Positions 36,878-50,647 of a stretch of 64,000 nucleotides of DNA are shown piece by piece. Where the stretch lies: NCBI GenBank assembly GCA_012295275.1, contig CM022673.1, forward strand, positions 27,962,001 to 28,026,000. The letters are read 5' to 3'. Position numbers and translations under genes: made by a program. The DNA is from Chrysomallon squamiferum. Lineage: Eukaryota > Animalia > Mollusca. Position 1 is the first letter of the stretch; each line of letters starts with the position of its first letter. The notes below the pieces were generated by a model. It saw only the letters and a list, made by a program, of their open reading frames with translations. It was not told where the DNA came from and made no database searches.

Positions 36878-39376
36878 TTTTTTTTTTAAATCTCTTGCAA
36901 TTAATTATTGAGAAGAAATACACAACATTATTAAGAATGACACAAGAAAAACTGATTTATATAACCCTTAATAGTGGAATATGTAATGGTAACTTTAAAC
37001 ATTCATTCATTATTGATTGATTTTTTATATTACATTGCACAGATAACAAATCAATTCACTTAAAATAGATCTGTTAATTTTTCAGTTTTCAATTTAAACT
37101 AGTTTTCTTGGATATCTAGAAAACAAATTACTTATCCTGCTTACTGCAATATAAAAAAAAAAAAAAAAAAAAAAATTTGTATGAGAAAACTTGAAAGCAG
37201 TAAATAAAAGTTATAAATTTTATTTATGTGTAAACTTTGTTTAACTTATTAATAACACAAACACACACATATACAATGGAAAAATGATTTTCAGCAAACA
37301 CATAGAGACAAATATAAATGGTAAAGTGTGTACATAATTCACATATGACTAGAACTAGCATTTGTATGTTAATAGTTTATCTTTTATGAAGAAAATTCTG
37401 TACATGGACGGAATAAAAAATAGTGTATTCTACATTAAGTATCTCTCCATAATATATGAAATATATTCATTATAATTAATATCTGTAATTTTTCTACTGA
37501 ATAAACCAAATTTTAACAACTCAGAGATATATTTATCACAGCCTAACATCACTACATCTTTCCAGTTAAACTGACACTGTTACCACATCACGACCAATCA
37601 ACGCTGAACAATACACTGTTTTTTAATGGTCTGTGTCAATATATCATTTGATATATCAATAATTTCCAGAGATTAAATTACTTATAAAAATCTACTCTTT
37701 GTGTTTGGTTAACATGATATGCTTACAACACTTTCAGGGCTAAAATATACGGGGATTTTTTTACAAGTGAGTGTCAGAAATAAAATTTGATTTATCAATC
37801 ATTTTCAGAGAACAAATTAATTTTAAAATACACAGTCTAGATGAAGAACATATTTATTTACACATTTTATATAGATATATAAATAAATATATATATATAC
37901 ACACACACACATGTATATGACTAATACTTTCAAATTTGTACAACAGGCTAATTATCAAAATACCAAACATACAACAGCACTAATTCTTATCCAAATGGAA
38001 AATGGGTCTTAAATAACAAACAACAGCGAGAGGATAAAAAAACAAAACAAAAATATATTTGGGATAAATTCTGAAAGAGGATTAATATTGACGTTATTGG
38101 TGTTGGCTTGGTTTAAATTTGCACAGCTGTGCAAAGCACAAGGCATGTAAAATATTCCCTTGCCGTATACCTGCAACTGGCCCACAATGGATGTAAATAA
38201 GTTTTAAGTGTTTGGCGTCAAAGTAAATAATTTTTTGGACTTCTGACATTATAAAGTCAGCTGCGCAAACAGAGACAATGCCAGATCGGTGAGAATCACC
38301 ACCTACTGTGATTTCCTCGAGAACTTACAATAAACAAGATACTTCTCGCTAAGATTATCTATCAAGAATCCCCCAAAACCCTCGAGAAAACATTGAGAGA
38401 AAGCCTGATTTCTCCTAATCCAAGGTTGCTTAAGGAGTAATGGTGAATTAGGCATCACAATTTCAACATCAATACTCCGTGCCATGTAAGACAATGAACA
38501 CCAAGGACAGAAACTTTAACTAACGACGAACGTTTAAAAAAAAAAATCTTTTTTTTTAATCTTTTTTTTTTTTTTTTAAACGTTCGTCTCTTGAGGACAT
38601 TTTTTGGTCATTGGATGCACCTAGAGAACTGGCAAGACAGAATGAGTGTTTGTCCAGCAGAATCTTCATAAATGCGAGATCAATGCATTAGCCGAGAGAT
38701 CTTGTGTACATATACAGAAGGAAACTTTTCGCGCCCCTGTGCGATTTCCTTCGTCGTATGTGACTCAATCTCCACACTACATTTGAAACACAAGAGTTGC
38801 AAACAAACAGGCCAAGAAAGCAGCAATTATTTGTAATATAAATATTCTCTGCACAAGCTGCATTATTTCATCTCTTATTGACAATTTAATAACCCTAATC
38901 AAGCAGTGGCCTAACCCAAGGTGGGGTGATCAAGTTGCACACTAAGCTAATTTGAAGAGTTGTTTGTCCTGTCCTTCACGTGCTACTGTTTTGGTATTGG
39001 AATATACAAAACTGAATTATTGATATTTAACTTTGCCTTCGTTTCGACAGGATATGGTGGTTTTTTTTTTTAATCTTAACATCTCCTTCAATATGCAATG
39101 CACAAAATGATGCCAAACTTACAATATTGAAATTATAACTTGCTTAGAAATTGATGGTTTTGAAATAAGTCCACAATGTCTGTTAACAATAAATATACTT
39201 TGATCAATGTGACTGGAAATTTGAAATTTACTTTTTTTTAAAAATCAACATTTTTGCCATGTTGATATTTGGCCTTGAAAATGTTCAAATATCAACCTAG
39301 AGCAATATTCATTTTACAAGAAAATTCTACAAAAATAATAAAAAATTAGAACTGGAACAAAAATTAAAAAAAATAT

Positions 39377-39414
<38 letters not shown>

Positions 39415-42400
39415 ACAATAATAATGAATATAAAAATTAATAATAATATATTAAAATTTTACTTTAAAAATTTACTTTTTTAATAATGACAGACCAAAAA
39501 AAAAAAAAAATGCTGTGTTTATGTTTGAAAACAAAACAAAACAACAACAACAAAAAAGATGTAAGAAATGAAAGAACAATATTACCATAATTAAACCAGG
39601 TAAAATTTACCTTATTAGGTTCACACTTTAAAAGACAACATTTATAAGATTACTCATTTTAAAAATTAATTATTTTTTTCACCACATTTTAATATCCTTT
39701 AACTTGGCTTTCTAGGAAGGTATTAATTACAGAAAACTGACACTGAAATCCTATGAAAAATCTGATTGAATTCAAAATCCCAAATGGGTGTGTTACAAAT
39801 ATAAATAAATCTTATTCTTAACAGACTGCATAAACTATCATATTTTTTAATCATTCCCACTTGTATTTGGTTTGGACAGAAACGCAATGTATTTTTCATG
39901 AATTTTCAATTCACTTCTTCATTACAGTAAATAAATGGGTAATTATGTTTCGCTGTTGTAATATATGACAAATTAAATCTAAGTACAGAAGCTGAATAAT
40001 TTCCTCTGGGAAAAGAACAAATGTAATTTGGTAAACAAAAAGAAATATGCTGCAAGACTGATGCATTACATATAAAGTATGTGCAGAGATTGATTCGTAA
40101 TTTCAGGCTAAAGTAATTTGATATAATAATAACTAATGACATACAAAACTTTTGTAAATTGTAAATTAGTGCTTCTGCTTGTTGTGGTTGCAAAAACAAT
40201 AATATATGCTACAAAATAAATAAATAAAAATAACAAATACAATTTTATATCATGCAGAATGATAAATTCAGGCAAAAAGAGAAATTTAAATTATTACTTT
40301 TTATTTTTTCCTTGTAACTAACTACTTTTTTATAAATGTATTCTTTTGATACAATTTCTTTTTTTTTAATGAGCATTATAATTTTGTTAGACCTCAATAT
40401 ATATATAGTTAATATATAAGTTAATATAGTAATAATTTTATATGTAATGAATTAAAAAAATTATGAATAAGATACTAATTTAAGTTCTATAATGTGGAAA
40501 TGTATTCTTAAATTTCTTTTGTTATTTTGTTTTCAATGAATTATAAGAATTCAGCTGTCTTAACAACGGTATAAAATTACCATTGCATTAAAATGGACTG
40601 CACTTAAGAGAACTGGACAAAGCAAACAAACAGCAGAGTGAAGAGAATGGGAGCAGTATCTGATTCATCTGGAGTTGTTCTTCTCTCAATAAATTAGCAA
40701 TGCATCTAATTAATGTTTTTACCTCTGTATGGGTGTGTGTGTGTGTGTGTGCAAAGCTTACTCACTGAAAATTTATTCACAGATAAAAGAATGAATGTCA
40801 CTTGCACTCATAAAAATTGAGTCCACTAAATTTATTTATTATCATAATTTTTTTTAATTTTTTTTTTTTTTTATTGTTCCCCCACCTAAATACATGGAAG
40901 ATTACACTGACTCCCAGCATGGAATGGCACAGATTCTAATTTCCTGGCCCCTTGAATGAGACAATTAGACCAGAAGATGAGTCATCATGCATTGCTCCAG
41001 ACAAAATGCAGATCTATGGCAGTCATTATGTGTCACAGAGTTGCCAACTCATTAGATGACGGGTCACTTCATGCTATATCGAATTTAAATTTTCAAAGAT
41101 GTTTCAAAAAGAATCATCACTTTTAATCATTATAAACCAAAAATATACAACAACCAAAAAAAAAAAAAAAAAAAAAAAAAGAAAAAAAGAAGAAAATATC
41201 AAAAAAGGGGTTCTGCATAACTTTACATTCAATTATTTAAAGTTTCTACAAATTTAATTAATTCACAGAATAATCAGCATGCAGTTTTTGATCGTCTGCG
41301 CTGAATATTTTTGGATGAATGGAGATTTTAGAATCTTTGACGTAGCAGTAAGAGTTCCAGGTTTTCTTGAAAGTGGCAAGAAATTGACATTCTATCATAA
41401 AGAACAAAGGCCATATGATCAGGAATAGAATACATGATGAAAAGTTCTGGTTATGTTCTGCAGCAGTGATTCTTAAACTGGTGAAGTGTTCACACAAAGA
41501 TGAAATGACAGACATCAGAAGATAAAGGAATTTATGCATGTGAGATACAGTCTCGAGGATGAATGTCAGTAAAACACTTCCAGAAACACTGTTCTGCAGC
41601 GCCAGTATGGTAAAAAACAACAAAAAACAACAAAAAAACAACAAAAAAACAACAAAAAAACCCACTCATACATTAATTACAATTTAATAGGTTCTGTTTT
41701 TACTTTTAAATTTATTTCCATATGTCATATTATGACCTATAAAGCTTCTATTAGGATTACTAAATGAATACAGGCTAGTAATATGTGAAAAAAAAAAAAA
41801 AATAAAAAATAAAACAGAAAAAATAAAAATAAAAATAAAAATAAGAAAACAATAGTAATGAACTAATAAAAATTCAGTTAACTACTGGTAAATTGTAAAC
41901 CATGTTTTTTAAGGTCAAATTACTTGTAAATCACAGTTTCATTTGAAGAAATTATATTTTATGTTATTAATATTTTTTCCATTAAGATAATATGACTGTG
42001 AAATATATCATGTTCTGCAAACAATGCTGTAGCTATGGATCTACAACATTTAATAACTTGCAATTAAAAAATATGATAATAATAATAATAAAAAACTAAA
42101 AAACATCAAAGCAGTTCATCTCTTAATCACTGTGTTGAAATTAATGCTATCTTATTAACTGTACATACATTTTGCTTTTATTAAGCGTTTCTAAATTAAA
42201 AAAATCCATTTTAAGTTAACAGTTTCAAAAAATAACTTTTTTTTTTTTTTTACTTTTCTGCTTTTTTTTTCATTTCTTTCACTTTTTAATTAATTAATTA
42301 TTTAACAAAAAAAAAAAAAAAAAAAAAAATGAAAGATGACATTACAAAGAAAATGTTATGGTTTGTAACAAAGTCCAAATATGATTAATGATTTTCATCC

Positions 42401-45281
42401 TCAGCCAGTATAAACTCTGCAGTAACCATTCTAAGAAACTTATTAATTATAAAATAATTAAATAATTTAAATGAAGTTAACTGTGTAATGCATATATATA
42501 TATATAATCATATGAAAATTAAAATTAATAGTCATGAAAACATATACGAATTAGTGTTTAAATTTTTTTATTTCACTATTTAAATGGGTAAAATATTTCT
42601 AAAAAATATCAGTTTGATGTCTGAAATTTAAATTTTATTGAATTTAAAATAATTTTAAAACATAAACTGATTTTTAACATTAATGCAGCTGTATTATGTC
42701 ATAAAAGCAAAATAAATAAATAAATAAATAAATAAAAGGAAGAAAAAGAATAAGAAAGAATAATAATAAAAATAAAAATAAAAATAAAAATAAAAATAAA
42801 AATAAAAATAAAATAAAATAATGGAAAGAGCCAAAAAAAAAAAACCCTTCCTAGCCATTAAAAGATAAAATGATGAAGAGATTTTATATACATAAGCCTA
42901 TAAAAACACAAAATAATTCTTCATGAAGAATCCAGTTTTAGACACGGTTAGTGGAACAAAACCAATCATTGCAGCCAGCAGATTATTATGTTTGACTATT
43001 ATTTGTCAGGCAGCAATTTTTTTCTTTTTTTAATTCTGTGTAATTGAATGATGATATATAAATGCATATCACAATAATGCAAACAAACAAAAATCAATAA
43101 CTAGAAAATTAATGAACAAATGAGTCCCTTATACTTTTGTGTTAGCAAACGTGGAGCAGCTACAGTCATTTGCGTCATTAATTCTTATTTTTACGTTAAC
43201 TTTTTTATTATTGTTGTTTAAGCTGATGAATATTTTTCACTTTAAAAATCATGCTTTAAGTGTTTTGAAATATCAATTAATAAGAAATGAATGCAGGTAA
43301 ATTACAATATTTCAGTGAAAAGAGAATGTCACAGTGTAATACGTAGTTAATAATAAGATGCTGTTGGGACAGGTAAGACTTTTATAAATAATAATTCCCG
43401 CTTTTCACCGATAAAGAGAATTCTATGGAGAACTCAAAATCTGTTAAAAAAAAAATAAAATAATAATGTAATCAAAATGATCAATTTCCTTTCAATATAG
43501 CTCTAGATCAGGAGAGAGGAAAAAAAGGAGAATAAAATCATTAACTATTCAGTTTTGAAAAGTATGCAAATATTAGTCAATTATTTTGTGGCACAATTAA
43601 GCACTTCCATTTAACTGTCTTGTTAGCATGGTTAGATGCATACAAAACCCCTGCATGCTTGACAATTACAAAAGGCAACTTTATTTAATCTCTTCCTATC
43701 CTTTGTCGTGATATTGATAATGTACACTATTACAAGAGAAATCAATAGGAGAAACTCTATCCTCTCACCAGTTTTTTTTTCTTTTTTTTTTTTTTCTTTC
43801 TCTCATTTGTGCTACAAAGGTCAGAAAAAGCCGTGTTGTTAGTAATTATGCCTTTACCAAGACGCCACTTGGCAGATAGTGTGTGCCTTTGTTCTGTGTT
43901 GTGAGAGAATGATTAATACTACACTAATAACCGTTTCAATCGACACTTATTTCTTATCCTCACTAAGCAGCTTGACAAGCCCCACAGCAAAAAAAAAAAA
44001 AGTAGCGTTAAACGTAAGTAAACAGCGGCACAATGAGTCATTCCATTCTTTTCCTGGCACAATATGCAGGCTTAGAGCCCATTGCAATTTAAGACATAAT
44101 CAATATTTTCAAATACATTCATTAGATTAAAACACAGAAGGACACACATGCCCACACTCGCTGAAAGATGTATGACCTCATATAAATGGTATAAACAGAA
44201 GCAATTCAGATTGGAGATTTATGCTTAATATATTGGCAATTTCATTAAACCATGTATTTACATAGCGGACCTCCTAAATGGAAGTAAAATCTTGACATGG
44301 GATATGAGGATCTACCAATATTGATCGTGAAAATATAAAAGCAGTGTGATTTCCATGGCGACATGGGGGTCTCTGACATAAGTTGTAGCAGAAGCTGGTG
44401 TACGTCTTGATTTTAGTTATTTGTTGTCCACGGCTTTCATGCTATCAATACAACCTACTGACAAGAAGCAAAACTGATTATGTAACAGCCAGTTGCTTGA
44501 TCTTGCACACAGAATGTCAAACCCAAACAGAAAATAAAAAAAAATTATGTAACCAAGGAAACATACTTTCTTATGAAGCCAGTTAATTGCAAAAAGAGGC
44601 TTGAACATTTCAAAGATATTAAATTGTTCTTGCCATTAAACAAATATTCCCCATGCATTTTGGCTTAATATATCTTAAGGTAATATGAAGAACATGACCC
44701 AGATGGCAAACTGAAAAGAGAAAAGAAAAAAAGTGAAAGAATAAGAAAAAAAAGGTTTATTACTTGATCTAACTGTTGCCAACCTAATGAAGTCTGCTTC
44801 AGTGTTGTAATTGTTTTTAACATGCTTGTCTTTGGAATAATAATCCCTTTCTTTACTTGTCTTTCTTCCCCCATTACCAGCAACCTACATTTAAATTATT
44901 ATTGTTCCCCAAACTGCTAAAACAGTATTTGAGCTACACAGCTGAATATATCACAGTATATAATAATCAAGTACTTTTTTTTAAAACAATTACACCAAAA
45001 TCTGCTGATAATTGGAATGCTTATTATGTTCCCATCTGTTAAAAGAATAATGAATTGTTTTTTTTTTAACTCTTCCTCCCTTTCTTTTTAATTATTTTTA
45101 CTTTTTATTACAGTTTTTTGGTTGTTGAATAGGTGGAGACAAATCCTTTGTGATGAATGAATAAAGCAAACATTTTGGAATTATATACAAGTAACCAGGC
45201 AAGAAAAGTACAGAATTTGCTAAACTGATTCAGAAATATTATATGTGAACTAATAAATATATAATAATAATAATAATAATA

Positions 45282-45316
<35 letters not shown>

Positions 45317-45554
45317 AATAAAAATAATAATAAAAATGATGATGATAATAATAATAATAAATAAGTGAGATATGATGTCAATGGTTTTGTTTCTTCCATA
45401 AGCTGTCAGTATGATAGCTCATCAGAACATAGTTAAGTGATATGAGAAGTAAAGAACTCCCAAGTGTTAAAATGAAATACATTACTGGGTATATTAATAC
45501 ATTCCTGTCAGCATAAACAATTTGGTTAGTCATTTTCCACTACCATCACTGAAA

Positions 45555-45597
<43 letters not shown>

Positions 45598-48500
45598 ATA
45601 TATATATATACAAATGTATATATATTTGTATATTTGTACTAGAAAATTTCTTAATAATTTCAGTAAGAGTCTATTGTTAATTGTTGTTTCTTTTTCTTTT
45701 TTCTTCTTACAATAATGCTATCATTTTCAGCTAATGCAGAAGCCTTTAGAATAAATGATTACTGAATTAGTTTTGCTTTTTAAATAAAACACCCCAAAAA
45801 CCAAAAACAAACAACAACCATAAAATAGAATAAAAGCATTCAACTATTCATACAGTGACATCTGTACTATGGCCTCATATAAACAGTATAAACAGATGTA
45901 ATTCGGACTGAAGATTTATACTTGATGTATCGGCAATTTCATTAAATCATGTTGGAACGGAGAATAAGTGATTTACAGCTGTCATCTGAGCAGGATGTAG
46001 CTCAGTGGGTTACAATTCAGACCAGGGTTTGATAGGTCAATGGATCAATCTTCATTAGTACAGCCTTTAAGCTATATCCTATTCTAACTAGGGCTCCACA
46101 TTTGACCACCAGTCAGTGGCATATAAAGAAATATATATTGAATTAATCACTTTGATTTAATCAATAAACAAGAGATTAAGAAATGGTAATCTCATACATC
46201 TTTACAAAAAGATACAAAAAAAGATAACAATAAAAAAGGTAACCGAAGACAAGCTTAATGCTTAATATTCATTAAGCATTATGTTTTATTACAGAGCAAC
46301 AGCTACAATAAAATGTATAAAACACACAAACCGAAACATTTATTCATCGTTAATGTACTCTAACTAAACCCTGTATCATCGCTAAACGATGTCTTTAATA
46401 AAAGTGTACTTGGACATATATAAATAACCTATTTAAACTTCCAAGTAAAAAAAATTAAACAGAAAAGTTTAAAAAAAAAAAAAAAAAATCTAACCTAACA
46501 CAGATATATATATAAATATATATATCTGTTTCTATACACCAATCAATTGTACAAATTTACTCGAACCCAGACTAATATTTGTATGTATGTGTAATATCTA
46601 TGTGACCTGCAATAACCATGTCTACCACAGGCAAACAGGCAGCTCTGTTTAGCTTACATGTTGTTCACAGAGTTCAGCCCAAATTACTCTTCTACCTATT
46701 TGCTGCAGAGACACACAACTGTATAAGTAGTTCCCGCTGTTCATTGATTTTCACATCGCCACAATCTTAATGTATAAGAATATCCTAAATAAACACTGCT
46801 TAAGTAGTGCATGAATAAAGCAGAGTTGATGATGGTACTAACAAGAGCAAGAAAGAAGAAACATCGATAACGATGCTGCGGCATATGGGAACCGTTTACT
46901 TTTAATTCTTTGTAATATTCAAAAGCAGTTAGATAAATGGAATACAAACATTTACTTTGTCATGTTGGGCATAATAACTGTTTATTTTATTTTATTCTTC
47001 TTTTTTTAATAATGGCCAAAATATTTATTTAAAAGGAATAAATAATAATATAAAAAAATAAAATAAAATGATATTATATAAAAAATAAAAAAGAAAAAAC
47101 AACTACTGGTCAAATCAGAGTAGGTAGAGGCACATTGTTATCCTCTGAAAGATTCAACTTTGATTTCAGAAGCAATAGCTTTTTTAGTTTAATACACAGC
47201 TCTCTGAATAGGCTATTTGAAATAATTTAAATTTCCTTGCTTAATGCTGTACTACTAATAAATAGGATATGTAACAGAAAGATGAACAGGAAACAGGACA
47301 ATGAAAAATTCATATCCAGCCAAAGATATTGTACTTTCTAGTCATTTGTTTTAAAGAGAATTATTAATTCTATTATTTTTGTTTTCAATGTCTATAGTAG
47401 ATATTTGAATGCTCAAAAGGAACATTTATATCAAGCATATGCTCTGCTAGTATCAAAACAAGTATATCTGAATAGGAAATGTATATTTGTAACAAATATG
47501 AAAAGCTTTTGATTGGTTGATTACATGAATAAATAAGTCATCCATTTCAATTCTAGTATTTGTATACTAATTTAGAAAAAATGTATTATATATAATAGGA
47601 ACAAACTGTTTCTGCAATAAAGACAGTGCATTTAAAAAAAAAAAAAAAAAATGTATCTACAACTTTATGCTGCAAAGGTTCATTGTTTTACACTGATCAG
47701 TGGTTAAAAACATACGAGTGTCAACAGAGCGGTATGACAAAGCGGAGTCTAATAAATGCCCCTCTCCAAGAGGCTTTTGTTTAAAGTTATTCCACTGCAC
47801 ACAAGAAGCTTGGAGTCTGTGTGTTTTTTGAGCTAACTACACACACAGGTGAGAAAAGTACACGACTCGCATCACAGCGCTGCTTTGTGGGAGAACTTCA
47901 GACACGTACGTTTTCAAACGCTAAGCACTGCCGGCAAACACACAGTATACTCCTTGCCATGTTTTCCACCTTCGCAGACCTATGTAAGTAAACACCGTCT
48001 TGTTTGTTCACTTCTTCTTTCTATTACGACATTATTTTATTGTTTCAGCTCTTAAAACAGCCCGCGAATCTCCATTTAATTGAATTACCTGACCCAATAC
48101 GTATTTCTGCCAATCAAAATATACGTAATTAGATTTTAAATAGCGTTGTCCTGAGATCGCAAAAAGTCACAGCTTGTTTTTCGTGTACCTGTCATTAACA
48201 GCAATAATATATCACAAGAAATCCAATCAAACTGGGGAAAAAAAAATTTAAAATTAAAATTAAAAAAATACAAGACATGCAAAGTAGCATATTAAAAAGT
48301 ATGTTAATGGGTATTGTTACCAAATTATGAGATAATAAAAAAAAAATAATAATAATAATAAATAAATAAATAAATAAATAAAAAATAATAAAATAGTAAA
48401 ATTAAATTATAAAGTACTTATTGCCTGTTTTCCAAATAAGGCTAAATAATGTTATTAAAAAGAAAATCAGAATATATACTGAAAATTATGGATCAGATAA

Positions 48501-49812
48501 TAAGAAATTATATATATTCATTAGTAATTAAGATGAAATTTTGTTTAATGTTCCACATCTTTTCATTATTATCAGTTCTTTAATTCTCTAGATGTTAGTT
48601 CTTGACATTTAATTACATAGACATGATTTTATAACTTTCAAAAACTGACTGTACAGGTCACTACTATTAACATTTATGAAATATATTTTCTACATTTTTT
48701 TCAACTAAAAATTAAAAATGTTTTTATTTTTTTAAATTAAAAAAATAAAATAAAGAAGATTACAGAAAGGTTTTAAGTGATTGTGAATTAGCTGTTTGGA
48801 CTAATGACAAATGAATTTTTGGGTGGTTTTCTTTTTATCTTTTTTTTTTTTTTATTAAAAAGTGAGATTTAAGTGATTGTTAAAACTTAATCTTTTTTGC
48901 TTTGTTTATAAGTAGGTTTTTCTCCCACTCAAAAATAATTATAACAAATGGAGTAAAACATATTAACAAATTAAGGATTACTTTGAAAATGAGTAAGAAA
49001 TGATACAAAATACTAACAACAACAACACAAAAAAAAAAAAAAAAAAAAAGTAGTAGAAGAAAAAAAAAAAATATAAAAAAAAAAAGAAAAAAGAACTGAA
49101 TAAGGTACAAACATTCATTTAACAACTCCTTTGTATTTTTGTAAATCATTGTTAGATTTTAATTCTAAGTTGTTTTCTTTATAATGATAAGAGAAAGAGA
49201 ATCCACTCAGTGAATAGTTTTAATCAATTTACAGCAAGGATTCCTTTTATATTCATCTTTCTGTAGAAAAGAAAGTATATATATCATACCTCTGATAAAA
49301 AAACAAAAAAAACATGGACTGACTTGCTGTTTTATAAAACTATAAAGACAAATGATTAATTATAGATTTAAATTTAAAATTAGAGAAAAAAGAAAAGAGA
49401 ATGAAACAACAACAAAAAAGGAAATGAAGCAACTACAAAAAAGTCAAATAAAAAATAAATAAATAAAAACCAGACTATAAGAAAGAGGTCAGAATAATTT
49501 GTTAATGCACATGTAAAGCTTCCAAAGAAGTTGTTTTGGAACTTACTAGAAATTTTGGTTATTTAACAGTCATTGATTTTTTTCCACTTGGTTCTGTACT
49601 GTTTTATGGTCAGAAAAATTAAGTAGCCTTAGAAATATAGCACGTATCGGGAATCGAGCTAATGACCATGATTACTATTATGGTTGTACAGTTTTAAAGT
49701 GGTTTTTTTTTTTCTTTTTTTTACAATATTTCACACCAGAATAATAAATAGGATCATAATTCTTCTGTAGTAAGTTAATTTTATCTGATGCTGAGCTGCT
49801 TCTTCAGTATAG

Positions 49813-49848
<36 letters not shown>

Positions 49849-50601
49849 GGGTGTATATATGTGCATTTAAGTAGTTTGTAGTAATTTTTAACAAAGGTTT
49901 CTGACATCAATAGCATACACACACAAATTTTGTTCTACTGGAATAAAAAATTAATGTCTAAACAAACAGAATACTTTTACAACAATTACAATGATAACGA
50001 ATTTAAAAATATAAGATTACTATATAATAAATAAAAAAAATAAACAGATTAAAAAAAAAAGATATCGTTTGTTAAATTTACATTATTAATAGCACGTACA
50101 AAGCAAAGGAGATTCAGATCAATATGTTGTCAATATACACATAGGTTAGGTATATTAAAATATGTACCGACTGTCAATACAAAACGTCATTGGAAATTGA
50201 TAATTTTTACACCTTTTTATTTGAACACTTCTCAAATTTACACAGTTAACTTTCCAAGCATAGCTACTGAAAGAGAAAGTATAAAATCCAGCTAATTCAA
50301 TATGGTCAGAAAACAGCCTATCGTTTACTGACAAATATGCTGATATATACACTTTATGTCGGTGTATATATAATCAAGATGAAAACTCAATAATTGAGAA
50401 ACAGCCCACTAAATAAAAATTTAAAAAAATAAAAAAAAATCTTTAATATTGTAGCCATACTTTGCAATAAACCAAACTGTAATCAGGATCATTTAACACA
50501 TTTATAATAACAATAGTAGTAGTAGTAGTTGTAGTAGTAATAGTAGTAATAGTAGTGGTGTTAGTAGCAGTAATAGTAGCAGCAGCAGCAATAATAAAAA
50601 T

Positions 50602-50647
<46 letters not shown>

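Noticed and set aside
45988-46060. tRNA gene
   Set aside because: A- and B-box-like motifs only, no cloverleaf; better explained as a SINE head.
46256-46281. 11-bp-arm hairpin TAATGCTTAAT-attc-ATTAAGCATTA
   Set aside because: Short and AT-rich, plausible by chance; too small for a miRNA precursor.
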